A stretch of 63,997 nucleotides of DNA, counting the filler, from Octopus bimaculoides (Eukaryota), in the NCBI RefSeq assembly GCF_001194135.2. It is 6 parts of 6 records of this genome, joined end to end, with 100 filler letters (N's around TTAATTAATTAA, not from the genome) between each part and the next. Parts side by side here need not be neighbours in the genome. Positions count along the whole stretch, not along the records: positions 43,305 to 62,873 come from NC_068989.1; positions 62,974 to 63,997 come from NC_068984.1; 4 more parts are not named here. One strand, written 5' to 3'. Position numbers and translations under genes: made by a program. The notes beneath the pieces were generated by a model. That model worked only from the letters and a program-made list of their open reading frames with translations, was not told the origin of the DNA and made no database searches. This document shows, piece by piece, positions 51,719 through 63,997 of this stretch (position 1 is the first letter of the stretch; every line of letters begins with the position of its first letter).

Positions 51719-54191
51719 TGTAGTAGTAGTAGTAACAGCAGCAGGAGTAGTAGTATTTACTACTACTGTTAAAACAACAACAACAAACTGACATCATCCC
51801 TCACATCTTCCTCTTCTTCCACTTTCTTCTCTTCTTCTTTCTCCTCCATTTCTTCCTTCTCTTCCTGTTTCTCTTTTCTCCCCTTCTTCCACCGCCTCCT
51901 CCTCCTGCCCTTCCTCCTCATCATCATTATCATTATCATTTTCGGGACAAAGGGGTAAGTCTGTTACATTGACCCAAGGGTTCAACCGGTACTTATTTTA
52001 TCGACCCCGAAAAGATTACATGCAAATCCGAGCTCGGCGGAATTTTAACTCATAACGTAAACACGTACGAAATTGCCCTTAGCATTTCGTTCGGAATGGT
52101 AACGCTTCTGTCAGCTTGCCACTTTTTCAATGGCTATTAATATAATTGTCATTTCTTAATAATTCTTTTCCCGCCATAGCATAATTATTTGCAATTAGTT
52201 TATTAATGATCCTTACATTAAGGCGGAGATAGCATAAATCAATGAGAAAACATCTCCGAGACTAGTCAACCTGCTAAAAATAGCAAGCAAATATCATATC
52301 CCTCAAATAATCTTACCAGTAGAAACATATAAGAAAATAAAAAAAATAAAAAAATACCATATCATCGAAATGAGACAGTTATTGATACGGACGGACGATC
52401 CATTATTAAAGGTCTGGTTGTCGATCAGGATTCACCTAACGTTTAACAGCGACTGCAACAACAATTAACTTTGCCTAGAGTTAATAAATAGTTTTAGTTC
52501 TTAGCTTACTAGAAACTTAAAAAGGTAAGTATATATATTTTCTTGCTTGAGATCGAAGTCATAGCTCTCTCAAACGACACCTAATTTCCTCAAAAGAGGA
52601 AGTTACTGGACCATGCTATGCTACATGAATTAGCATTTGATCACGTGATCGACCACGCAATTGTATGTTGTTATATACATCGCTGGTCCCAATGCACTTT
52701 GCATCGTTTTAGTTTTCGAATGATGCTACCCCGCTAGCTAGGTGACCAGATCAACATTCCCCCTGATCAAAAGGCTGGTCCATTGCACGATGACCCGATT
52801 ACAGCTGAGTAACATATTTTGCTCAAGAACACAACGCACAGCCCGTACAGGAATTGAAACCTCGATCACAAAATCGTGAGTACCACACGCCTAAACACTT
52901 CGCCGTCACTAAACAGCTGCAACAATGAACGTCAATAATGGAATGTATATGTATGCAATCAACCTGCTCGAAATAACAGTCAAATCTCTCTCACAAGCCA
53001 TTCGTCTTACCATCTTAAAGAGAAAAACAAAAGAGATGGTTTGCATCTGGATTATGTTTGATCTGATAATAGGTCAGTTAGATCAAGGCTATCCCGAAGC
53101 TAAATAACAACAACAACAATTATATGCATAGCTGTTGTCTGCTTTCTAAACAATTCCGCTCATTAGTTTGTTTTCATTCTATTCATTAATTAAACATCTT
53201 CACCTTCCTGCAAATAAAAATGAAAACATAAACTTAGATACAACACAAAAACGATCTCTGATAAATCTGAGACGATAGATAAAGAGTGTTGGCCTCCTTC
53301 GAGATATTCACGTGTTTATTCATTCAAAAAGAATTGTTTGAATACATAAATAAATAGAGTGTTTTAAATCTGTAAATTTAAATTTTAAATTCGGACTTTC
53401 AAGGATATAAAGATGCATTGAACTGAGATAATTCAAGAATGATTGTCACTTTTTAGAAATAAAACAAAATCTGTGTTTATCATTCTTAGTTCACTATCTT
53501 CAATGGTGACAGTTGAGAAAAAGACAATCGAAATAGAAGACGAAAGGAAAAGACATTCAACGAGACTGTATGATACGCTAGAAAAATAGCTAATTCTCCC
53601 TCAAATTATATACAATTGTCTTCGAAAGTGGAAGGATGCACAGGATGATCTAATCGTGCATCACCAGAATCACGAGGGGAGTAAAAAGTGACAGCAGCGT
53701 GAAGGTAGAATTGATATACTGAGGAGTAAGCTTAAAAATGTGAAATTGCTTCAGTGAAAAGCCAAACGCTTGCAAACTAAAACTATTGCACGTACAAAAA
53801 TGAGTTAGCCATATATTAATGAAGGCGCGTGGCTTAGTGAGAACGATATATTACATCGGCTTCAGTGCTCAGCTGGTACATACATGAAATGTTAAAATAC
53901 GGTCAAGTTAAAGGGTAAATCTACAAGACTCGACTCCGTAGTCGTGACCGAAGTAGTTGGAAAGAAAAACCCGAGAAAGATATCGTAAGCATCCCGATGA
54001 ACTTCTTAAAACCTTCGCCAGTCTTTGAGTTTCTCGTTATTTGACCCCGGAAATATGAGAATCGAGGGTGATTTGGCTGGAACTTGAAATCGGGCAGTAA
54101 AGATTAGAAAAAAATTATTGCAATGCATTCAATATGACGCTGTTTCAACTGCAATTTGCTACCTCTCTGTCTGTATAGAAACACACACACA

Positions 54192-54224
<33 letters not shown>

Positions 54225-54360
54225 GACTGTGTGTGTATAGTGTATATATATATACATAAATATATTTGCACATTTGTCTATGAGGATGTGTGTGTGTACA
54301 TACATGCTCACACACGCACAAACACGTATGTATGTATATGTATATATATGTATGTGTGTA

Positions 54361-54410
<50 letters not shown>

Positions 54411-55302
54411 CACACTGTATGTATACCGGGTATTTATATCGATTTTGTGTTATTACATAATATCAACATGTATACCTGTCAACAAATATATACACGCCCA
54501 AACGAATAAGGATTCAAATATACGCAAAACCACACACGCCAACACGCATCTGCAGACACACACGCGTCTGCATGAATGCTCGCGTGTGAGGGTAGACACA
54601 CACATACAAACACATACTCACATAAACATACATGCTTACATATGTATATATGTATATATATATATATATATATATTATATATCAACATACGTAATCATTA
54701 TGGCTGTCAACAACTTTCTCTGGCGAGCTCAGAACCTCTACATTCTTCATTGAAAACGAATATCTTATTGGAAAATGTCATTGAATCAGAAAAATAAATC
54801 CCAGATCAGAAAACTTAGATCCAATCCGATCAAATACGGAAAGCTGGTTTGTATGAGAGATCGAATCCTATAATCTTATAAATATGTGTTTCTAATCGTT
54901 CATTGTCTTTTCTATTTATTTTTTTTCATTGTCTTTGTGTTGAATAAGAAATATTTTGTCTTTCATTCCATGTACGTCTCCAAGGTATTAAACTTAGCTG
55001 GATAATATTGTTGGCTTATTTCTTGCATTTCCTTTTTCGTTTTGCAAACTTTCATTTCTTTCTTTCTTTCTTTCTTTCTTTCCCTCGTGTGTATTCCGGT
55101 AATTCTCTGTTCTGGATTTACTTGTAGCGTATTGTTTTTGACTGACCACATCTCGATTTCCTCTATTAATGTCTTGTGTGGGTGTGTGCTCATGTATATA
55201 TTAAAGCATATATATGTATGTATATATGTATGTATGTATGTATGTATGCATGTATGTATGTATGTATGTATGTATGTGTGTGTGTGTGCGTGTTCATGCG
55301 CG

Positions 55303-55334
<32 letters not shown>

Positions 55335-55392
55335 CTTATATATAAAGATTGTATATAAGTATATATATACACATATACATATACATACATAT

Positions 55393-55465
<73 letters not shown>

Positions 55466-56529
55466 TACATGTGTGTGTGTCCGTAAACATACATACAAAC
55501 ATACATGCATATAGAGAAATATATACGTATATGTGTATGTTTTTCTTCATTGCAAATATCTTCTCCAAAAGAAATTCTCTTTTTGTCGTCGTCGTCGTCG
55601 TCGTCGTCGCCGTTGTTTTTGTTGTTTTTGTTGTTTTTGTTGTTGTTGTTGTTGTTGTTGTTCTTCTTCTTCTTCTTGTTCTTCTTCTTGTTGTTGTTCT
55701 TCTTCTTCACTGTGTTGTTTACCCATCCAACCAGCCACTCACCAACTACACTCGTTATTAACCATTTTAACCGTTCGTCATCACAAAAAATTGCTAAAGG
55801 TACCAGCCGAACGTCCTCCAAAACCATTCCAGTGTATTCAGTAAAATGTACCTGATCGGAACACCTTTAATCACATGTGATTTCGACTGCGTTCTAGTTT
55901 CCCCTGAGTAACAAAGACAGGACAGACTTTGAAGTGGGGTACGAAGTCATTGATGAGGTCGCAAATAGCGATGGAAAGATTCTGACACACAACTTATTGA
56001 TTGTTTAACCAGCACATTAAGCAAACGATCGAACATTAGCTGGTTAGATATTTAAAAAATTGACTAACAATAAAGAAGTGATGTTAACCTAGTGCGCGTG
56101 TTTTAATCTTATTGGCATAACGACCCTCCCAAACAATTTAAAATTAACAGATAAACGTAATAAACCTTCAATAAATTCGAGTAATTGTGTGAAAGGGAAT
56201 CTAAATTTCTTACAGCGTTTAAGCACTAAGAAGGGCCCCGAACCCTAGAAACATATCAAAGCTGATATTGAATTTCAACGGGGTCCTGTCGAGCCATCCA
56301 ACATAATAAATGAACAGCATAATAAATCGACATTAAATGATAATTTAATTATAAAATTTTATGATTTCAGCACATCAGCTGAAATAAACTGAAAGGTCTG
56401 TATTCCTCCTCTGAAATGTAGATCCCCAACATGGCCGCAGTCGATCGACAGGAAAATTTCAAAGATTAACAAAGTAGCGTCTTTTCCTCATATAGCTAAA
56501 AAGACAAGTTCAGGATGTCCAAAGAAGCC

Positions 56530-57179
56530 ATGCCAATCATAGAGAATGACGCAAATGGGTTCTGCCCGCTATACAAGAGTAAATCATGGAACAGCATATA
56601 AAGAACAACGAAAAAGATAAATAAGGCCAGCTCGGAGTATGGCAGTCAAACATATCAGAGCCTCATGTTCATCAATGCTGTTCTTAAAAGTGAACTAGCT
56701 CATAATTTTAGAAAGCCTTAGATGAACTGAATCTACATATTAAAGTTGTACAAAGGCCAGGAACTTCCATAAAATTCCTGATCGGTAAACCGTATCTATC
56801 TGAAAGAACCCACTGTTGTGATAGGAACGGTATAGTGCGTAGAGTAAGCTAAGCGATAAATAGCAAAACAGGGAATGCAGTCTATATATAAGATATTCAG
56901 ATGAACAGTGCAGGAACAAGACAAATTATCCTCTCTCCTATACAACGGGCTGTGGAGAAACATTCCGAACCATAGGAGAAAGCATAAATGGCCACACTAG
57001 TGGTAACTCAAGGAGAAGAAAAGCACGTCACAGCTACACCAGCATGCTAATATGTTAGAACATAGGGACGCGATAGATAACAGATGTTAGGATTATATCG
57101 ATACATAGAACAGACACGGCACTGTGAGGCCACACCTATAAAAGAAAATAAACCGAAACTTAACAGAAAACGTAATTAG
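56530..57179 (+). mobile_element. Decayed Penelope-like retroelement 3' part (post-RT linker and GIY-YIG endonuclease)
   Basis: Frameshifted translation includes GFCPLYKSKSWN, LHIKVVQRPGTSIK, GNAVY, GETFRTIGESINGH, QLHQHA and EATPIKENKPKLNRKRN*. These follow the PLE pattern PLYR..W / VVERAGTS / YIGETSR...EH / EA..I....P.LNR. Confidence 0.7.
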
Positions 57180-57722
57180 TGCAATAAACCTCGCCCACTG
57201 CTTTCAACCCCACAACCTGATGATTGAAGACAGAATGGGAAAAAGAAAAGATACAAACCGAAATACACGCACACAAGATACGCATACACATTCTGCACAC
57301 TGATACAGGCGCAAACATATACAAAGATACGGATACATATCGCAAACAAAACAAGATAGAATAAACAGCACAAGACCAGAGAGAAGAGGAGACTCGAAGA
57401 GCAGATAGTCATTGAAAAGGCCACAGAACGTGTGAAGAAAGACTCAGACAAATATACTAACAATAATGGTAAAGCTAAAACGATGATCAAATTAATAGTT
57501 CGTGGGTTAACTGGCGAAATGACCAACTCCAAGTATAACAATATCCTTTGCAACACAGGATTTCATGTTAAGAAACGGGCAAAACAAATACTTACTTTGA
57601 GACACTAGGAGTGTTATTAAAACCTGTGTAGACCTGTAGACCGGTATGAAGCTGTTAGTATCTCATAACTATATATTGTGTACACACATATATGTACATA
57701 TGTACACACACATACATATATC

Positions 57723-57756
<34 letters not shown>

Positions 57757-57850
57757 TGTATGTATATATGTATGTATGTGTGCAGATTTGTATGTTTTGC
57801 TTTATGCATGTATTCTCATGCATATAGTTGCATATCTAGACATGCTCATA

Positions 57851-58585
57851 TATATTTTAATGATCAACTTCTGGTAAGGTTCAGAGATTTTTACATTTTC
57901 AGTGATGGATTGAATCTGTGATCTTCGAATTAGATTTCTCCTTTCTGGTTTTCAGAAGCCTGATTTATCAAGATTGGTATTTAGGCAGTGTGTTACATAT
58001 CCTAGGGTCCCAATAATTACAAGTTTAAACCTGAACTTGTAATCTGGTTAGAGTAACTGCAGATTTCTCAATAGTTCAGCGTAGGTTTTTCTCTTTTTCA
58101 CTTATCTTCAGCTTTATGTTAACATCCGCTGGGGAGCTTAATTCCCACAACTGTACACAGTTTTTCTTCTCTATCCCAAATCATTATATTAGGTCTGTTG
58201 TGCTTACATTCTATTAAGGTTAAACTGGGACATTCCACCAGTATTCCTTCTTCTTATGAGTGGCTATGGCTTCTACCATATTGTGGATTCTTATTTCTTT
58301 GTCCTCGGGGTTATCTTTCTGACGGATTTCATTATAGAGTGTCCTAGCTATAACTTCATGTCTCATCGGTAGATAATACTGTGATAATATTTTCGGACAA
58401 TTAACTTCGGCGTTAACTCCACAAAGTCTGCATCGGTTGTCACATTTGACTGCTTTTCCTTCATCTCTATCCCTACTTTACATCAGGTATTTAGTTAATA
58501 TCTCCTGTTCTTGGATTGCAAACGCATACCCTTCAAACTGGGAGGTAGTAATCCGGCAATGATAGACTGCTTTGATAATCAATGT
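57851..58585 (-). mobile_element. Decayed R4/Dong-type (RLE) non-LTR retrotransposon 3' fragment
   Basis: Translation with stops and frameshifts: SQFEGYAFAIQEQEI, CDNRCRLC (CCHC finger), YYLPMRHEV, HNRPNIMIWDREEKLCTVV..SSPADVNI.LKISEKEKTY (PD-(D/E)xK nuclease), VIIGTLG. Confidence 0.75.
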
Positions 58586-59611
58586 TACTATTTTCGTATG
58601 TATGTATGTATGTATGTATGTATGTATCAAATATACATATATACATATATGGTATGAAATATTGCGTATATAGTCTTCTGAAATGTTTGTAAATATGCAT
58701 TTTCTAAGCCAGTAATATCAGCTCAAACTTAGGTGCGTAGTTAGGCAGACTTATAGTTCCATGTGTATGTGTATCATTATATGCGCACACAGAGAAACAT
58801 ATACAGACACACACTCATCGCACATACATAATGTGTATAAAGTTAATTCGTATATTTATTCTTAACACGTCAAGGCTTATTTAGATGCTAAATATGGATT
58901 TAGCTGTAATGTTTATCATAAGAGAATAACCTCTTCCTTCTAATGCAGCAGTATACACATACATATGTACAAGTATACACGCATTCACAAGCATTGTTTC
59001 TTTGTATCTTGAGATACCCCGCCCCCACACGTACACATATGAACTTTTGTGGATTTGTGGTATAATGTGTGTGTATGTGTGTATTAAATTCGCTAGGTAT
59101 GTGGCAACTAGAAATTCACAACCCTCAGAAGGCACATTATAATTTATGTAATCGGAACATCTATTTACTAAGAGAGGCCTGCAATTAATTAGAATCGAGT
59201 CGAGTCTTTAAACGGTGACTCTTTCAATTAAATAATTGCAATGAGTGAATTCTAGCGAATAACTATAAACTGAAAACAAAAATAAAAAAAACAACAAAAA
59301 ACAAAAAAACAAAAACGTTGTGCAATGTATGTCTTATTATTATTGATGTATTCTATTAATGCGGTAAGCTGGCAGAATCGTTAGCACGCCAGACAACATG
59401 CTTAACGAAATTTCGTCCGCCTTTACGTCCTAAGTTCGAATCCGCTCCGTGGTTCACTTCGCATTTTCATCCTTACGGAGTCGGTAAAATAAGTGCCATT
59501 TGAGTATAGGACTCGATGAAATCAACCTAGAAATTACCCTCGCCAGAAATTGCCACAGTTGGAACCCATATTCATGTTACAACGATATTTCGCCCAACAT
59601 GATTTATCAAG

Positions 59612-59894
59612 TACAGCTCTATATTTAAGAGATGAGGAATTATGTACATTATACCCACGGGCATATGACGTAGTGATTAAGAGCGCGGGCTACTAACCTC
59701 AAGATTCGGAGTTCGATTTCAGGCAGTGACATTAATATTAATAATACTAATAATATCGAAAAATACCTTAGGAATGAGAACCCAGGTTCCAAATTTCCCT
59801 AAGACACCTGACGAAGGCTGGTCAGTATATCAGCCGAAACGTTGTGTTAACAACAAACAAGATGAGGACAAATATCTGTTAATGTAAATAATGT
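59612..59894 (+). mobile_element. tRNA-headed SINE-like retroelement carrying a hammerhead ribozyme, flanked by a 13-bp TSD
   Basis: Direct repeat atgatttatcaag at 59599-59611 and 59895-59907. A-box-like tgacgtagtga at 59666-59676 and B-box-like agttcgatttc at 59710-59720, then an (aat)n spacer and the ribozyme core. Confidence 0.8.
59803..59848 (+). ncRNA. Minimal type I hammerhead ribozyme motif
   Basis: gacac-CTGACGA-a-ggctg(gtcagtatat)cagcc-GAAA-c-GTT-gtgtt: stem I gacac/gtgtt, stem II ggctg/cagcc, palindromic AACGTT helix III, NUH triplet GUU. Confidence 0.8.
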
Positions 59895-60839
59895 ATGATT
59901 TATCAAGGTTTTAAATTTCTTTCGAAAATGCACGTTTGGCAAAAATTCTGTGAAAGCTTAACATTAGTTCACACACACATGCACACGCACAAATACACAC
60001 AGAAGTGCTTCCCAAGTATGTAACATTGGGTTGGTACTTACTAGGTGAAACTTTGAGGGAGTGATTTCTACTGTATCTCCGGGACGTCAAAAGTTTTATG
60101 AATTGTTCAGTTTGTATGTGTGGTTTTGCGTTTGTCCGACAGTTCTTGGTTTATTTACGTCTCCATAAACCGAAGGAATGGGTGCCACGTTAAAAAAATT
60201 ACTGAGGGTCTCTTTCTCTTCGACTAGACAATTCAATGCGGTTTCCTGGCATGGCCAATGCCAAATGAGTGAAACAAAAGATAGATGATATACACATACA
60301 TATAATAAAAGCCGTCAGCGCGGAAATAAAACTTCTTACGTACATTTTATAAATAATTGTAACAACGGCTTCGTTTCTGCCTCACCACGCACCGAAAAAT
60401 AGACGTCGAGCTTTAGGCTTTTTCGCTCAATAAACACTCACAACGCCCGGTCTGGGAACCGAAACCGCGATCCTATGACCGCGAGTCCGATGACCTAACC
60501 ACTGGGCCATTGCGCCTGCACCCTGAGACACTATAACAGGTCGTAATAGTATTTCTATTTTTTTTCAGTGCGTGGTGAGGCACAAGCCAAGCTCTTGTTA
60601 TAATTACACACACACGCACACACATATGCATATTTGCTGTGTCTGTATATGACGGTGCATGTGTTTGTACGAAGTATATGCATATTTATATGTAAGTCGG
60701 ATGTTTTTGCGAGGAAAATAACGTATACATACATACACATCCATAAATGCATACATGCGTATACACATGCATACATACATTCGTACACATACATATAATA
60801 AATGTATATAGGAACATACACGTGCATATATACATACAC

Positions 60840-60923
<84 letters not shown>

Positions 60924-61830
60924 ATATACGCACATGTATATATATGTATATATCTATGTTTGTGCGTGCTCATGTTTGTCCGATCGTGTATTCACTTTTG
61001 TATATGTGTGTCAGTATGTGTGTGCATGTATGTGTGTGTGTGCATGTACGTGTGTGTGTGCATGTATGTGTGTGTTTGCGTGCGTGTGTGTAATCCTCTT
61101 TCTCTCCCTTTCCCTCTACCCCCCTCCCGCCACTATCTCTCTTAACTGTCTCTCTGTTTCACTCACTTTCTGTACACGTTTGTGTAAACTAATCAGTTGG
61201 TTACGAAACAGAAGAGATCTTTAATTCAGATTACGACCGTGTGAAGCTAATTGAAATGGAGAAATGATTTATCGTTTTATTAAATGACCTCTTACGTATC
61301 TTGGGGAATTTCGACATATTAATCATCTTGTAAGCCGATTTCTCGCCTACCGTCATCTAACAGAACAACAGATGCAACAGATGTCGTTAGTATGTTTTTC
61401 ACACTTTACATCTCTGCTTCGTATAATAAATCCAATCGACACCTCCCTATACGCCGCATCGCCATCGTATATATCCGGTGTCTTTTCCTTGTGGTTGGTG
61501 GTTTTTTTGAGCTGCTAGAAACAGCAGTAAAACTGTTGCCTCAAATTACAACCAACAAGCTTTTTTTTAAAAAAGGAAAAGAAAGAACTATGAGGAAAGA
61601 GCTGTAGAATACTCTTGTGAGAATGTTCTGTGTTTGGAATAAAGAGAGAAATTTTAGGAATAGATTAAGAATGCTTTTGTTTGAATTGGTAGAATCAGTA
61701 GCAAAACTGAGATATTTTATTGCAGTTCGTGGTGTTCTGAGTTCAAATCATGTTGAAGTCAAATAACGATGATTTCGCTAGAATTTACTCCTTCAAATTT
61801 CGAATTACGTTGAAGATCAATATTACAACG

Positions 61831-62213
61831 GCATTCCGTCGTTTATGACGATGAGGGTTCCAGTTGATCTGATCAACGGAACAGCCTGCTCGTGATATTA
61901 ACGTGCAAGTGGCTGAGCACTCCACAGACACGTGTACCCATAACGTAGTTCTCGGGGAGATTCAGCGTGACACAACATGTGACAAGGCTGACCATTTGAA
62001 TTACAGGCACAACAGAAACAGGAAGGAAGAGTGAGAGAAAGTTGTGGTGATAGAATACAGCAGGGTTCAACCCCCCCCCCCCCATTGCCGGACCCAAATG
62101 GAGCTTCTGGTGTTTTCGCTCAATAAACACTGACAATGTCCAGGATGGGAATCGAAACAGCGATCCTATGACTGCGTGTCCGCTGCCCTAATCACTGGGC
62201 CATTGCACCTCCA
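61831..62213 (-). mobile_element. SINE family B, full length
   Basis: Reverse complement of 19219-19598. A head-only copy lies at 60420-60520. Confidence 0.85.
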
Positions 62214-62842
62214 TGATAAGATATAAACATAAAGAAAAAGTACGTCTAGAGACAGCGGAGAAAAAAAAATAACGATGTAGAATATGAAAATTTAGCGAAA
62301 ATTTACTCCTTCAATTTTCGAATTACGTTGAAGATGAATAGAAAAGCATAGGAAAAATTCCTTTACATAAATATAACACAGAATATTGAATTGTATGTAG
62401 ATACGTAAGCTGACACTAAAATTCATGTTACACATTAAAGAAGAACGTTCCATTTAAAGAAGAAAAAGATGGAAACATCAAAACCATTGTTGTACATAGA
62501 AAGGAAATAGACATGTCACGTGATAGGTAGAGAAAATAAATACACTAATTTTACATAACATACATACTTACATACATATATGCATGCATACGTACGCGTA
62601 TATATTATGTATGCACGTATGCATCTATGCTTACGTATATATTGTCTTTATAATGTGCGTATAACAGTAATGATAATAACAATAGTAATAAGAATAATTC
62701 GAATTATATATGCAGATTCTTAGACATTTGTTTGTATATATTCATATAATCCATTTATGCACAAATATATACACATTATAACATACGACCAGCACATACA
62801 TTCATATATGTACAGTCATATATCCATATGCAACTATACATA

Positions 62843-62873
<31 letters not shown>

Positions 62874-62973
62874 NNNNNNNNNNNNNNNNNNNNNNNNNNN
62901 NNNNNNNNNNNNNNNNNTTAATTAATTAANNNNNNNNNNNNNNNNNNNNNNNNNNNNNNNNNNNNNNNNNNNN
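62874..62973. other. Artificial 100-bp assembly linker
   Basis: 44N + TTAATTAATTAA + 44N. Confidence 0.95.
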
Positions 62974-63226
62974 ACATAAATCTGATGATTGCATAACACT
63001 TGAAAGTATTAATGTTACACTGATAAATATATAATATTCCCTTACTATAATATTGTAAAACTGTAAAAATTCTAAATAATAAAACCTGAAAATCAGACAT
63101 ATATACATACAGAGCAAGAAAGAGGGAGAGAGGGAGTGAGAAAGAGGTAGATAGCTAGATAGATGAATATAGATTTAGCCCCTCGCCATATATATATGTG
63201 TATATGTGTATACACACACATACACG

Positions 63227-63273
<47 letters not shown>

Positions 63274-63599
63274 ATGTATGTGTGTGTGTGTGTGCGTGCG
63301 TGTGTTTGGATGTGTGTATGTATGCATGTATGTATGTATGTATGTATCTATACATTTCACGTTGTTCCAGTCCACTCAGCGAATAATCCTGTGACGTACG
63401 GGTGGGTTATTTATACGCCACGAAATCAGAAAACCGGCTCTTATGAGTCAGCATGATCCGAAATGGTAATCTTTACTTATTTTACTACTCTCTAGGCAGA
63501 AGTGGTCAAAGATATGCAGTTATATATATATATATAGAGGATTCTGGAAAATCTAGTTCACAACTTTGAAACTCGATGTTGTACCAATCACCAAACTGA

Positions 63600-63840
63600 A
63601 CGGCTCTGTATGGTGACAAAGTTCAATCTTCTCCAAATTAAATAAACCCCAGAACTTTTCTTGCTTGAGTTTCGTGTGTACATAACTATTCAACATTTTT
63701 CCAAACAGCTCAGGGATTTACTAGTGCAGAAGTGAACGTCTTCAAAAGACATCTAGACAAATTTTGATCTGAAGTAACAGAAGAAGCCACATCACAGCAG
63801 GAGGCACAAATAGAGTAGCTCGGCCAACTTTGTACTTCAC
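63600..63840 (+). mobile_element. CR1/L2-like LINE ORF2 3' remnant
   Basis: Frameshifted translation LFNIFP..QLRDL...EVNVFKRHLDKF*SEVTEE resembles the CR1-clade C-terminal motif LFN.LP...R....V..FK..LD..L..VPDE. Confidence 0.55.
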
Positions 63841-63959
63841 CGGAAACTATAGAGAGAAAAGTCCCACTTATACTGAAAGGTGGTTTTGCAGTATAAGAGA
63901 TAAAATAATAACAGAAAATAGTATATATGTATGCACATACACATGCACACACATACACA

Positions 63960-63997
<38 letters not shown>

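Noticed and set aside
55735-55853. Possible minus-strand exon VHFTEYTGMVLEDVRLVPLAIFCDDERLKWLITSVV with a gtgagt donor
   Set aside because: Weak acceptor, no recognisable homology, and adjacent to low-complexity sequence.
57217-57266. CTGATGA...CGAAATAC just after the Penelope ORF end
   Set aside because: The position is suggestive, but neither stem I nor stem II can be formed.
57363-57608. Stop-free plus-strand frame (KQHKTREKRRLEEQ...) after the Penelope remnant
   Set aside because: No recognisable motif; it may be retroelement-derived but cannot be assigned.
59653-59725. tRNA gene call for this and other SINE heads
   Set aside because: A/B boxes are present, but there is no complete cloverleaf or acceptor stem and each continues into repeat body.

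Overview
Eukaryotic, AT-rich, microsatellite- and SINE-saturated genomic DNA from a gappy draft assembly. It has 17 N-gaps plus five identical artificial 100-bp linkers (44N+TTAATTAATTAA+44N). The repeat families resemble those I recall from octopus genomes; this is an inference, not a database result. The only confidently identified host coding sequence is two internal minus-strand exons of ACAD10 (kinase/APH-like domain; 33082-33227 and 32314-32487), inside a CpG-depleted block bounded by linkers. The rest is intergenic/intronic: many tRNA-derived SINEs of about five families, Tc1/mariner fragments and MITEs, a Helentron/HINE-like element, and decayed Penelope (GIY-YIG), R4-type RLE and CR1/L2-like retroelement fragments. 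The most interesting signals are non-coding. (1) A TSD-flanked tRNA-headed SINE carries a minimal hammerhead ribozyme (59612-59894), and further hammerhead-like cores occur in two other repeat families (3797-3997, 37801-37838). (2) A tRNA-SINE head is fused to a diverged 28S rRNA fragment containing the P-loop (18102-18493). (3) Several long hairpins and inverted SINEs lie in or near the ACAD10 pre-mRNA. Most ORFs in the supplied track are microsatellite or gap artefacts. SINE boundaries are approximate (about +/-20 bp), and the family letters A-E are my own working labels.
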